Source: Mobula hypostoma
Taxonomy: Eukaryota
Reading direction: 5' to 3'
Assembly (NCBI RefSeq): GCF_963921235.1
Contig: NC_086109.1
Span: forward strand, 30,134,001-30,198,000
Length of the DNA: 64,000 bases
Part shown: one piece after another, positions 51,661 through 63,099 of the stretch
Numbering within the stretch: the stretch's first letter is position 1
Layout: every line of letters starts with the position of its first letter
Program-made: the position numbers and the translations under genes
Notes under the pieces: model-generated
What the model was told of the DNA's origin: nothing
Database searches by the model: none
The model's input: the letters and a program-made list of their open reading frames with translations, nothing else

Positions 51661-52155
51661 TCTCTACTTGATTGTATGTGGTAAAAAGTGTGGCTGCTGT
51701 GAGTTAAATAAATCTTTACCTGGTAGATTTGTGCATTCCTCTGTGTAATGATATTGTGCTTGGTGTTACTTTTTTTTTAGATGGAATGCGAAAATAAGCT
51801 ACAAAAGAATAGCTGATTCTAGTCAGATTGCAATGTTTTTGAAATTATATGTAACCAAGGAGAAAATTTTCATTGTTCAAATAAAAGTTTAACTGAGTTG
51901 AACGCTTAATATCTTTGGGGTGACAAAAGGCTAATTTGAATAGGTAAAAGATTGGCTTGATTTGTCACTTGTACATCAACCATCAGAACACAGTGAAGTG
52001 CATCATTTGCTTCAGCATCTAACAAAGTCCAAGATGTGCTGGGGGCAGACAGTAAGTGTCGCCAGTGCTTCTGGCCCCAACAAAGCCTGCCCACAACTTA
52101 TTACCTCTAAACCATACACTTTGAAATGTGGGAGGAAACAAGCTCCAGGAGGAAA

Positions 52156-53003
52156 TGAGATGCTGGAAATCTGAGCAACACACACAAAATGCAAACACGA
52201 GGAAATCTGCAGATGCTGGAATTTCAAGCAACACACATAAAAGTTGCTGGTGAACGCAGCAGGCCAGGCAGAATCTACAGGAAGAGGTACAGTTGACATT
52301 TCGGATCGACTGTACCTCTTCCTATAGATGCTGCCTGGCCTGCTGTGTTCACTAGCAACTTTTATGTGTGTTGCTTAACACACACAAAATGCTAGAGGAA
52401 CTCAGCAGGCCAGGCAGCATCGATGGTAAAAAGTACAGCCGCTGTTTCAGGCCGAAACCCTTCAGCAGGATTGTGGAAAAAAAAAGCTGAGGAATAGATT
52501 TGAAAGGTAGGGGGAAGGGAGAGAGAAATGCCAGGTGATAGGTGAAACTTGGAGAGGGAGGGTTGAAGCAAAGAGCTAGGAAGTTGAATGGTGAGGAGAC
52601 AGAAGGCCCTGGAAAAAAGAAAAAAGGTGAGGGGGGAGGAGCACCAGAGGGAGGTGATGGGCGGGCAAGGAGATAACATGAGAGAGGGATAAGGGGATGG
52701 GAAATGGTGAAACGGGGGGGGAGGCATTACTGGAAGCTTGAGAAATCAATGTTCATGTCATCAGGTTGGAGGCTACCCAAACGGAATATAAGGTATTGAT
52801 CCTCCAACCTAAGTGTGGCCTTATCCAAGTTTCACCTATTGCCTGCTGTTTCTTTCTCCCCTCCCCCCACCTTTCAAATCTACTCCTCAGCATTTTTTGG
52901 CAGTCCTGCCGAAGGGTTTCGGCCCAAAACATCAACTGTACTTTTCTTCCATAGATGCTGCCTGGCCTTCTGAGTTCCTGCAGTATTTTGTGTGTGTTAT
53001 TAA
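52156..53003. mobile_element. Inverted Penelope insert (- arm to ~52822, + arm ~52824-52998)
   Basis: GIY-YIG end at 52725-52822 on the - strand; the + arm is the reverse complement of ~52377-52552; cores CTGCTGA (52462-52468, -) and CTGCCGA (52906-52912, +). Confidence 0.85.
52193..52376. mobile_element. Fold-back Penelope terminal-repeat insert with 16-bp TSD, inside another Penelope
   Basis: 71-bp inverted arms at 52226-52296 and 52306-52376; TSD AACACACACAAAATGC at 52177-52192 and 52377-52392. Confidence 0.9.
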
Positions 53004-53792
53004 GAGGAAACGCTCGCAATCACAGGGAGAGTGAGCAGACTCCTTATGGGCAATGGTAGGAACTGAAATCTCATCTTACAGCTGGCACTTTAAAGCATAA
53101 TGCTAACCACTAAACCACTAAATCACTGATATTAGTAGACAGTTTCATCTCCAGAAGAAAAAGACTGAAGAAACTAGAAGTCTGAAGTGAAAACAAAATG
53201 TCAGAAATACTTAGCGAGTCAGAAAATATTTATGTGGAAGGAGAAACAAACTTTGCATTATTTGTTTAATAACTTTTTTGTCAGATGCTTACTAATGTTC
53301 TAAATATTACTTGCATTTTCTGTATTATTTCGGATTTATAGAATTGGCAGTGTTCTTTTTGCCTGTTCATTGCCAAGTTAACTTGAAGATTGCAATCATC
53401 AAATTGCTTGGAAAAACTAAGGTTGATTTCCCTCCACTTCCCCACCCCAAAACAAATACTGTTGGAAATACTGAGTTCCTCCAGTTGATAGTTTGTTGCT
53501 CTTTTCTTCTGCTCATTATCTTGAAGGCTGGTGACCTTTATAAGGACATTTCCACCTATCATGATAGATTTATTCTGAAGAGTCTTAGGGATTATGACAC
53601 CAGCAGCTCTTTCACCTTTGTATGGCATATAACTTGTAATTTATTAATTTTTCCACTGTACTGTAAAATAACCTGTTTCAAAGAATGTTATTTATTTTTT
53701 GAACCCCTTAGTTTCCTTATGTACAAATTAGTTTTTGTTTTTAAAAACATGGGTTAACTGTAGAGGTTTCTTTTTCATTCTTATCATTGCAG

Positions 53793-53899
53793 AAGAGGAT
53801 GTAGAAAATTTTGATGTAACAAATCTGTCTGAAGACGTGCAACGGAACATTGAGGCTGATAGTTTCTGGTGTATGAGCAAGCTATTGGATGGAATACAG
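53793..53899 (+). CDS. TBC1D22B: TBC1D22B internal coding exon (107 bp, phase 1 to 0)
   Basis: Acceptor ttgcAG|AA; donor CAG|GTAAAG. Splices in frame to the previous exon (G+AA=Glu) and encodes EEDVENFDVTNLSEDVQRNIEADSFWCMSKLLDGIQ. EEDVENFDVTNLS and ADSF match my recollection of the 22B paralogue rather than 22A. Confidence 0.95.
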
Positions 53900-54104
53900 G
53901 TAAAGTTGTTATTCAAAGTGATAAACCAGTTGGTTTCAAACTTTAATCAGCTGCCACCCCACCACCCATTCCATGGCTGATCCTTGGAAATCCTTCATTT
54001 TGCTGTTGATTGGGCCAGATTAGCTTGCTCAAATTTTTCATTTGAGCCTTAGCTATATGTTAAAGTTTCTTGTCAATTGGACATCTTGCATTCGTATCTC
54101 ATCA

Positions 54105-54247
54105 GGCATAATGGGGTATGGAGGGAAGGCTGGGTTCTGAGTTGGATGATCAGCCATGATCATAATAAATGGCGGTGCAGGCTCGAAGGGCCGATTGGCC
54201 TACTCCTGCACCTATTTTCTATGTTTCTATGTTTCTATGTTTCTATA
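54105..54247 (+). mobile_element. Short, young CR1 3' end with (TTTCTATG)n tail
   Basis: gatgatcagccatgatc...ggctcgaagggccgattggcctactcctgcacctat followed by the octamer repeat. Confidence 0.9.
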
Positions 54248-54519
54248 ATTGGATAAAAATGATTCTATATTCAAGTGTCTTCAAAATTATTCGATATCCA
54301 GGTGCCGTCTTCATAAGCTTTCAGTATATCGATTGGGCCGTAGAAGGTCATTTGACTTACTGTAATTCAGTTCTCTGCAATCAGAGATGTTATATTTTTC
54401 TTCCCCTCCTGCAGCATATCAATCACCTGCATCTTCAATGTGTAATACATTTCAGTTTCTGACTTTGAAACCATTGTATCTTAACAGGTGTTTGACTTCG
54501 TCTGGGTGAGATCCAGTCT

Positions 54520-55555
54520 TTAAAATTTGATTGTAATTTTTGGGCAGTAATGAGGATGATTGAGGGTATGGCAGTCAATGTTTTCTCTGTCAACCCTAGT
54601 TAAGCATTTGACAAAGTCCCTCCTAAAAGGCTGGTCCAGAATTTTAAGTTGCATGGAGTTGGTAAATTGGATCCAAAATTAGCTTGGTCATAGTGTTTTC
54701 CTGACTAGAGGCCTGTGACCAAGGATCAGTGCTACATTTCTATTGTTCTTAATATATAGTAGTTATTTGAGTATATTTGAATACATTACGTGATAGAATT
54801 TGTGGATAATATGGAAATTTGTCAGTGTTTGCCAATGATATAGATTGAAATTATGGGCACAGAAATATCAGATGTTGCCCAATCCTGACAAATGTGAAGT
54901 GCTACATTTCAGAAAGTCAAGTGCATGATGAAGTAGTGCAAAACTTTCAGTGATATTGACCTACAGGGGGAACTTGGGGGTGCAAGTGTATGGCTCCCTG
55001 AAATTCGCAACTTGAAAAGTTGTATTGCAGCTGTATAATACATTGTTAAGATCACATTTGGAATATTGTGTGCATTTTAGTCACCAGACCATAGGATAGA
55101 TTGGAGGATTTGGAGAAATTATTGCGGAGTTTCATTGGGATGTTTCCTGGATTAGAACATATAAGCTGTAAATAGAAGTTGGACAAACTTTGTTTTCTCT
55201 GGAGCATTGGAGGCTGAGAAGCTACCTGATAAAAGTATGTAAAATTATGAGAGGCATAGATAGCATAGCAAGTCTTTTTCCCATGGTGGGGATGTCAAAT
55301 CCTGAAGGGCTTAGTTTCAAAGTGAGAGAAGGAACGTTTGAGATTTGTAAGACTATTTTTGACACACAAAGTGATTGGTGTATTGTGTACACTGCCAAAG
55401 AAAGCAAATACAATAGCAGTATTTAGGTAAATACATATACAGGTGGGAAATGGAGAGATGTGAACCAAGAGAAGATAGATGGGAGTAGTTTAGATTGGTA
55501 CCATGGTTGGTGCAGACATAAGAGAGTTATTCCTGTGCTATACTCTACTGTTTCG
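54520..55555 (+). mobile_element. Decayed CR1
   Basis: aagcatttgacaaagtccc (KAFDKVP) and FSLEHWRLRSYLIKVCKIMRGID. Confidence 0.8.
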
Positions 55556-56458
55556 TGTTTTATGTACAAAAACGTCAAGGTTCTGAGAACAACAACAAAG
55601 TTTCAGGGAATGCAGCTTAGAAAAAGGAAAATGAATGAATAGGTCAATATAACTACTTCACTCAGAAGATGATGCATTTTTGGAATGCATCTCTAGAAAA
55701 GTAATTGAGGCTTAATCTATCGGACAAGTCAGAAAATTATGTAGTGAATTGTGTTCGGTGTTTTAATTCTAGTACTGATTAGATAGCTAAAAACACCCAT
55801 TGTGGGTCTCTCTGCCTCCCAAAAAAACCTCAGCTTTCAAACTATTGTGACTTAGATTCTTCTTAGCCCTCATTTCTGCCAACGCCATTCAAGTATTTTA
55901 TATGAAATAAGTGATCAATGTTATTCAGGAGCATTCTGACACCCATAATATATATTCTTTCATAATTTGGCTCAGATTTTTTGATAATTTGATTCATTAT
56001 GCAATACATCTACTAAGTAGCTAAAGCCTATAAATAGTGATTTGTTCTCCCAACTCTCAAAAAAATGTGACAAGGAACTTATGGAGCTACAGACTGAATC
56101 AAGAACTAAAGCTTTTAAAGAAAAATGTTTATTAACTGTAGACACGTGATTGTATGAAGTGATGATATTTTGCTCATAGGTTTAGATTGAAACAGTGAAG
56201 ATAAAATTATGTTGGAATCATTCAATCAGAATAAGTTCCTCAATCTTTTACTGTTATGCAGTTTTACTGTACATCATCTGTGATCTTTTTCATAATCCCA
56301 TCTCCATTGCTGGACTCTGGCCAATGAACATTGGCCTATCTCTGTATATTTGCAATTGAACTTACTTTTGAGTGGAGGAAGTTATAGATTTTTGATAGCC
56401 TTTTTGTGAGGTACGACATCCTAGTCTCACACTAGTATGTTTCCTGGATTAGAACATA

Positions 56459-57665
56459 AAGGCTTCTACAGATATATATGAGCAAAAGATATTCTACAGA
56501 TATATCAAGGGATAAAATTGGTCCTCTGGAAGATCTATGTGCGGAGCTGAAAGCAATGGAGGAGATCTTAAATGGATTTTTTACATCTGTATTTACTCAG
56601 GAGATAGACTCAGAGTCGATAGATGTGAGGCAACGCAACAGCAAGGTCATGAATCCTATACAGCTTACAGAAGAGGAGGTCTTTGCTGTCTTGAGACAAA
56701 CTAGAGTAGATAAATCCCCAAGGCGTGACAATGTGTTCCCTCAGTCCCTTTGGGAGGCTAGTACAGAAGTAGCAGGGGCCTTAGCAGAGATATTTAAAAC
56801 ATCCTTAGCCTCAGGTGAGGTGCTGGAGAATTGGAGGATAGCTAATGTTGTTCCACTCTTTAGGAAAGGCTTTAAGAATAGGCCAGAAAATTATAGGCCA
56901 GTGAGCCTGACATCAGTAGTGAGAAAGTTATTGGAAGGTATTGTAAGGGATCAGATATAATGCAGACAAGTGTGAGGTGCTGCACTTCGGAAGGACCAGC
57001 CAGGGTAGCTCTTAAGCAGTGAGTCACTGAGAAGTACATTGGAACTGAGTGATCTGGGAATACAGATCCATAATTCCTTGAAAGTGGTGTCGCATGACAA
57101 TAAGATTATAAAGAAAGCTTTTGGTGCATTGGCCTTCATATGCCAATTGATTACAGGAGTTGGGATGTTATGTTGAAATTGTATAACACATTGGTGATGC
57201 CTAATTTGGAGTATTTGCATTAGAGTATTTGCAGTTTTGATCACTTATATACAGGAAAGATGTAAATAAGATTGAAAGGATGCGTAGAAAATTTGCAAGG
57301 ATGTTGTTGGTACTTGAGAACTCTAGTTATAGGGAAAGGTTGAATAGGTTAGGACTTTAATCCTTGGAATGTAGAAGACTGAGGGGAGATTTAATAGAGG
57401 TATACAAAATTGAGGGGTATAGACAGGATAAATGCAAGCAAGCTTTTTCCACTGAGGTTAGGTGAGACTGGAACAAGAGGTCATGGATTAAGGGTGAAAG
57501 ATGAAACATTTGAGGGGATCATGAGGAGAAACTTCATTCAGATAGTGATGAGAGTATGAAATGAGCTGCCAGCGCAAGTGGTAGATGAGGGATCGATTTC
57601 AACGTAAGAGAAATTTAGGTAAATGGATAGGAGGCGTATGGAGGGCTATGTTCCAGGTGCAGGTT
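56459..57665 (+). mobile_element. Internally deleted CR1
   Basis: ORF 56478..56960 (WRIANVVPLFRKG..NRPENYRPVSLTSVV.KLLE) joined directly to the RT C-terminus; ends ~100 bp upstream of the 57764 exon. Confidence 0.88.
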
Positions 57666-57763
57666 TTAACACCTTTCATTTTGACAACTAAAAATAGATC
57701 TTTTTTGGTAATGATTTGATCATCTATTATTATTTTAGCAAATCACTTCTTGTTTTCTTGAAG

Positions 57764-57839
57764 GACAATTACACTTTTGCACAACCAGGGATTCAGAAGA
57801 AAGTAAAAGCACTCGAAGAACTCATCAGCAGAATTGATG
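57764..57839 (+). CDS. TBC1D22B: TBC1D22B internal coding exon (76 bp, phase 0 to 1); absent from the ORF track
   Basis: Acceptor ttgttttcttgaAG|GAC; donor G|GTGAGT. Encodes DNYTFAQPGIQKKVKALEELISRID, in frame with the previous exon. Confidence 0.95.
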
Positions 57840-59204
57840 GTGAGTCTGGAAGTTATTATTGAAAGCTTGGATTCCTCACCAGAATACTAGCTACTCTTCT
57901 TGATTTGTCAAGGTGTCATTGTTAACATAGGGTGTAAACTTGTTTATGAAAATACATTTTATTCATGCTAGGATGAGTAGATATACTAGAAAAATTTGGC
58001 TTTTTTGTGCTGCTCTTTGGTATATCATCCTATTTACTGTTAATTTTAATAATAAAAAATCAAATCCAGTTTACTTCATCATGAAGTGTCTCTTCTATCA
58101 GGGAAACCTGATCAATGGTAGAAAATTGATTAACCAGAAAACAAATTTGATACTTACTAGACATGCTATTAGTTTAGGGTGAGTATGCACATGAATCTAT
58201 ATTTTATGCCTTAGTTTCACAGGAAGTTCTCAATTGTTTTAAACTTCTTTGCACCCTGAATCATTCAGTTAAATAGTATGCAAATAATTTGAAACTATTA
58301 ATTACATGATTTATTGACATCGTCAGCCTAGCAGTTGTACTGTGTTTATGTTTGACTTGATTTTATAGTGGAACATTTACTTGTATATAGAAGCTGTGTT
58401 ATGCTGGTAAGCTGCTATGGCAATAGTATTTTAAATTGCTACAAGACTTGTAAGGTTCCAGTTTCTCGAAGTTCTGATTTCTAATTTCAGCTGAGTATTG
58501 TGGGAGTGAATGAAAGCCATGACAAATACAATTCCTTTGTGAACATTGGAATGTATCCCATCTATTCCATTGCTCTTTGTTGCAGTTTTTTATTAAATAG
58601 GTGATTCAAAATTCAAGTATGTGACCTTAAGTGTGAGAGAAATTATGACAGTCACAAAAGAAGAGAGGAGGTAGAAGGAGGACTAACTACACCATTTCCA
58701 TCTTTGCATACAAGAATTTAAATTGTAGTAATGGGAATCAAGCATAGCTAGAAACTTGTACAAGCAAATCCAATCTGTGTCTTCTCAGTCTGAGCTCCTC
58801 TCAGTTCTTATTCTCAATATAACTGAAGAAGTTAACCAGCAAATTCTGCCCCCCAAAATACACAGTGAATTATATGCCATGAAATATGTTGTTTTATTGT
58901 TTTATTGCAGCATTGCAGTGCAAAGATGGAAAATTACTTTAGATTACAAATTAGGCCAGAAATGTATGCTGTATCTCTAAATAATATAATAACAACAACA
59001 AAATAGTGGGGGGTGGGGATAAAAGTATAACAAAGTATACTCATGGGCAGTTATGAAATTTGATGGCAAAGGGGAAAAAGCTGTTCCTAACTAGCTGAGT
59101 GTAGGTCTTAAGGCTCCTGTACTTCCTTTAAAATAGTAGTAGTGAGAAGAAGGCATGTCCCTTGAAAGTGGTGTCACATGTAAAACAGGGTGGTGAAAAA
59201 GGTG

Positions 59205-61010
59205 TTTCATGCTCTGTCCTTCATCAGTCAAAACATTGAGTAAAGAAGCTGAGTTATTATGATGCAGTTGTGTTAGTCTTTGGTGAGGCTGCACTTGGAG
59301 TACTGTGTACAGTTCTGGTCAACCCATAAGTTGACATGGTTAAATTAGAAAGAGTGCAGAGAAGATTTACAAGGATGCTGCCAGGAATAGAGGGCTTGAG
59401 ATATAGGGAGAGGCTGACCAGGCTAGGTTTTTATTTCTTGGATTGCATGAGAATAAGGGGGTAACTTTATGGAAGTGTTTAAAATTAAGAGGTACAGATA
59501 GGGTGGATGGTAAAATTTTTTTACTCAGGGTAAGTGAGTTCAAAACTAGGCGGGATATGTTTAGAGTGAGAGGGGTAAGATTTAAAAGGAATCTGAGATG
59601 TAACTTTTTTTCATACAGAAGGTGCTGAGTATATGGTATGAGCTGCCAGAGGAAGTGGTTGATTATCATTTAAGAAGCAAATGGAGGAGCAAATCTTAAA
59701 GTTCAAAGTAAATGTTATTATCAAAGTACATATATGTCATCATATACGTCATCATATACAACCCAGAGATTCATTTTTTGTGGACATACTCAGCAAATCC
59801 ATAGAATAGTAACTATAACAGGATCAATGAAAGATCAGCCAGAGTACAGAAGACAACAAGCTATGCAAATACAAATATAAATAAGTAGCAAAAGATAGAT
59901 ACTTTATTGATCCTAAAGAAATTACACTGTCACAGTAGTTTTACAAGTGCACAGATATATAAGTATTAGAAGAGAAGTAAGAAAGAATAAAAAAAATAAG
60001 TTACCTCAAACAGTCTAACAGGAGAGGGGTCATCATTTCTCTGGCTGTAGGTTGTATCAATATAGAGCCTAATGGTCAAAGGTAAGAATGATCTCTTATA
60101 GCACTCTTTGGAGCAGCACAATTGTCTTAGCTTATTATTAAAAGAGCTCCTCTGTTCAGTCAAGATAGCATGCTGAGGGCGAGAAACATAAATAACAATA
60201 ACATGAAATAAAAATTTCTTTGAAGTGAGATCATCGGTTGTGGGAACATTGCAATGATGGGCAAGTGAAGTTGAGTGAAGTTATATCCTTTCATTCAAGA
60301 GCCTGATAGTTGAGGAGTAGTAACAGTTCTTGAAACCAGATGTGCAAGGTCCTGAGGCTTCTGTACCTTCCACCTGATGACAGCTGCGAAAAGAGAACAT
60401 GACCCAGGTGGTGGGGATGTCTGATGATGGATGCTACTTTCCTAAGACAGTGTTCCATGTGGATGCATTCAATGATTGGGAGGGCTTTACCCATGATGTA
60501 CTGAGTCAAATCCACTATTTTTTGTAGGATTTTCCATTCAAAGGCATTGACATTTCCATACCAGGCTGCCAACATACTCTCCACTACACATCTGTAGAAG
60601 TTTGTCAATGTTTTAGATGTTATGCTGAAACTCTATAAACTTCTAAGGAAGTAGAGGCATAGCATTGCTCCCTTTGCAATTGTACTTAAGTGCTGGGTCC
60701 AGGAAGGTCATCTGAATTAGTAATACCCAGGAATTTAAAGTTGCTGACCTTCTCCACCTCTGATCCTCTGATGAGAACCAGCTCATGGTCCTCTGGTTTC
60801 CCTCTCCTGCTTGCCAACATTGAATGAGATTTGTTGTTATAACAGCACTCAGCCAGATTTTCAATCTTCCTCTTATATGCTAATTCATCACCACCTTTGA
60901 GGGATATGGGCTGAATACAAGAAGTTGGGGCTAGCTAGATGGGCACAATGGTTGTTATATTCTTGTTTGGTAAAAGGGCCTACATCTGTGCTATATTGCT
61001 GTATAACTCT
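59205..61010. mobile_element. CR1 (+) fragment split by a - strand Rex/Babar fragment (~59700-60898), which itself contains another Rex tail (~59893-60187)
   Basis: CR1 LVRLHLEYCVQFW at ~59280, resuming at 60900; Rex TNFYRCVVES (60291..60608 -) and RSFLPLTIRLY (59966..60163 -). Confidence 0.75.
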
Positions 61011-63099
61011 GACTTATTTGGAGGTCATTTGGCCCATCTATGTTTTGTTGGATTTCAAAGCAATCCTAAAAATCCCACTCCTCCATTTTTTCCCCAAAAT
61101 CTTCAGTTGCCTTGTGCATTAGGGTATTATTTTCAAATTGAAGTATGCCTAACTTAAAAAGTGTAACCTCAAAATCAAGAACAAAAGTAGTATTAGTAAA
61201 AATCTTGAGCCAGTTTTCCATTATGTTTCCTTGGCCAGGTGTTTTTGCTGTTAGATCATACATTCATGCAGGTTCAATGAGATGTGAAATGTCAACTAAT
61301 TCCATCAGATTGAATGCAAAAGTTGCTTTTAGTGCAGGCCATGTTATCATACCTCAGCCACTTCATTAAAAATATTATATGATAAATTAATTTTGGCATT
61401 TTTTGTCTTGCCATTGTTTTATACAGCCATTTTCCTTTATTGAAGTTATTGCAGAATCACTTTCTGCACTTCTTGCACCTGGTAGAGGTTTGCATGGTGA
61501 ACTTGTTATGGGGCCTTCGGGCAAAGTGCTCAATTGCTCCTCCACCACACTACATGAAATCTCAGAGGGAGCTTTCAGCATTTTGTTGTGAAATATTCAC
61601 GTAAAGCATAATTGGCTTTGGCTGAATTTAACAGTTCATTTGCTAAATATTGGAAATATCCATTTGGTCAAGTAGCATCAAAGAAGATGGAGAACTGGGT
61701 GAATATTTCAGGGATGTGAGCTTTGATTATTCAAAGAATCCATAAAATATTTCGAAACATTTTGGTTCACTGAAATATGAAGTTAAATCTATCCACTGTA
61801 AAAAGCACATGCAGAAGGATACGTGCAATAGTGAGTAATTGCAGACAAATTCATGTCATTTACCTTTTTTCGTTTCCTGCTTTTGTAGTTCATTTGTTTT
61901 TAAAAATTGATAATGCATTTTAGTTTAAAAAGGGACTTTTGGATATAACCATGCTCTTAATGATTGATTTAAACTGTTATCTGAACTGAAAGATGTACTT
62001 TAATAAAATAGTGACATATATTGTACATTGATAATAAATTTATTTTGAAAAAATTGAAAAATAGAATGCTAAGGAGCATCCATCTCCTGTTAATCCCTGA
62101 GGATAACTGTTCCCAATAATTAATGTTTAATGATCTTGGGAGATGGTAAATTTTACATGCTTAACAAAAGTGATGAATGTATGGATGTGCATTGAAGAGT
62201 AACTCACACTTCATAAAAATTGAAAGTTTATAACAGGCTAAATCTCCAGTTGAACACTATAGTTTCATTTTAAATGTTCAACTATATCATGGATGTTTTT
62301 CATAACATCGAAACAAAGTAAACACTGATACATGGTGCTCCGTTAATAACGAATTAACTGATTCGTTTTTTTGCCATTCTAGCTGTGTTGCTTTTGAATA
62401 CTCATTTACAAATGTGACCATAAAATTATTCTCAATAGATTAATATAATTTAATTCCATGCCATGCAACAGAAAATTTATAATCTTCACTTTTGGCTTAA
62501 GCATTATAGTTAGTGTAGATTTGTGCAGTACCTTTGAAGTCTTATAATGTTCTTTCAAAGTAATTATAGTATTGCTGAACAGTATGAATAAATTAATCAT
62601 AATCTCATGCTGAATAGTTATGCCAGTGCCAAATATTTAAAATTAACTGAGCTTCTATTAGTGAACACTGAATTAATTTTACACTTGTTCATCTGCATCG
62701 TACTGTATACTGTATTTTGGGTGAAACTGAGCTATTGACAGGTTAAACAGTTTAGATCCTAAGAAAGGAAGGATGTAGCTGGGAAGCTGGAAAACTAGCA
62801 TTAAGTTTTCTTGCTAATGCAGAACATCTGTGAAATCCTAAGAATATTATGTTTTATAGACCATATTTCCTCTACTTGAAAATCTTTCTACCAAGATGCA
62901 AAATACTTTAAGGATGTTGTTTCTACCTTGACAGCTGTCCACTAGAAATAAAATAAATCTGTTCTTCAATCTTGCATACTGCTGTACTTTGAAACATTTT
63001 ACATTTGGCTAGCTGACTTTCAAGTTCTGTGCTTTTGTACGTGCACAATCAACTCTCCATTTCGTTCCTTCTGTTATTAAATCCTGCACTGTTACCTTT

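Larger units (their letters stand above)
51945..53115 (-). mobile_element. V-SINE interrupted by nested Penelope insertions
   Basis: Tail and V domain at 51945-52155; V domain and tRNA head resume at 53004-53115; GAGGAAA duplicated at 52149-52155 and 53004-53010. Confidence 0.75.
514..53792 (+). other. 53,279-bp GT-AG intron of TBC1D22B, densely filled with transposons
   Basis: The flanking exons join in frame to give contiguous TBC1D22 protein sequence. Confidence 0.9.

Noticed and set aside
5043..53003. CRISPR-like array from the recurring gatgctgcctggcctgctg motif
   Set aside because: The copies are dispersed, in both orientations, TSD-flanked and part of a retroelement terminal repeat; there is no regular spacer structure or cas gene.
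53281..53757. ORFs 53311..53757 (+) and 53281..53628 (-) upstream of the exon
   Set aside because: No recognisable domain, non-ATG or chance starts, and AT-rich intronic composition.
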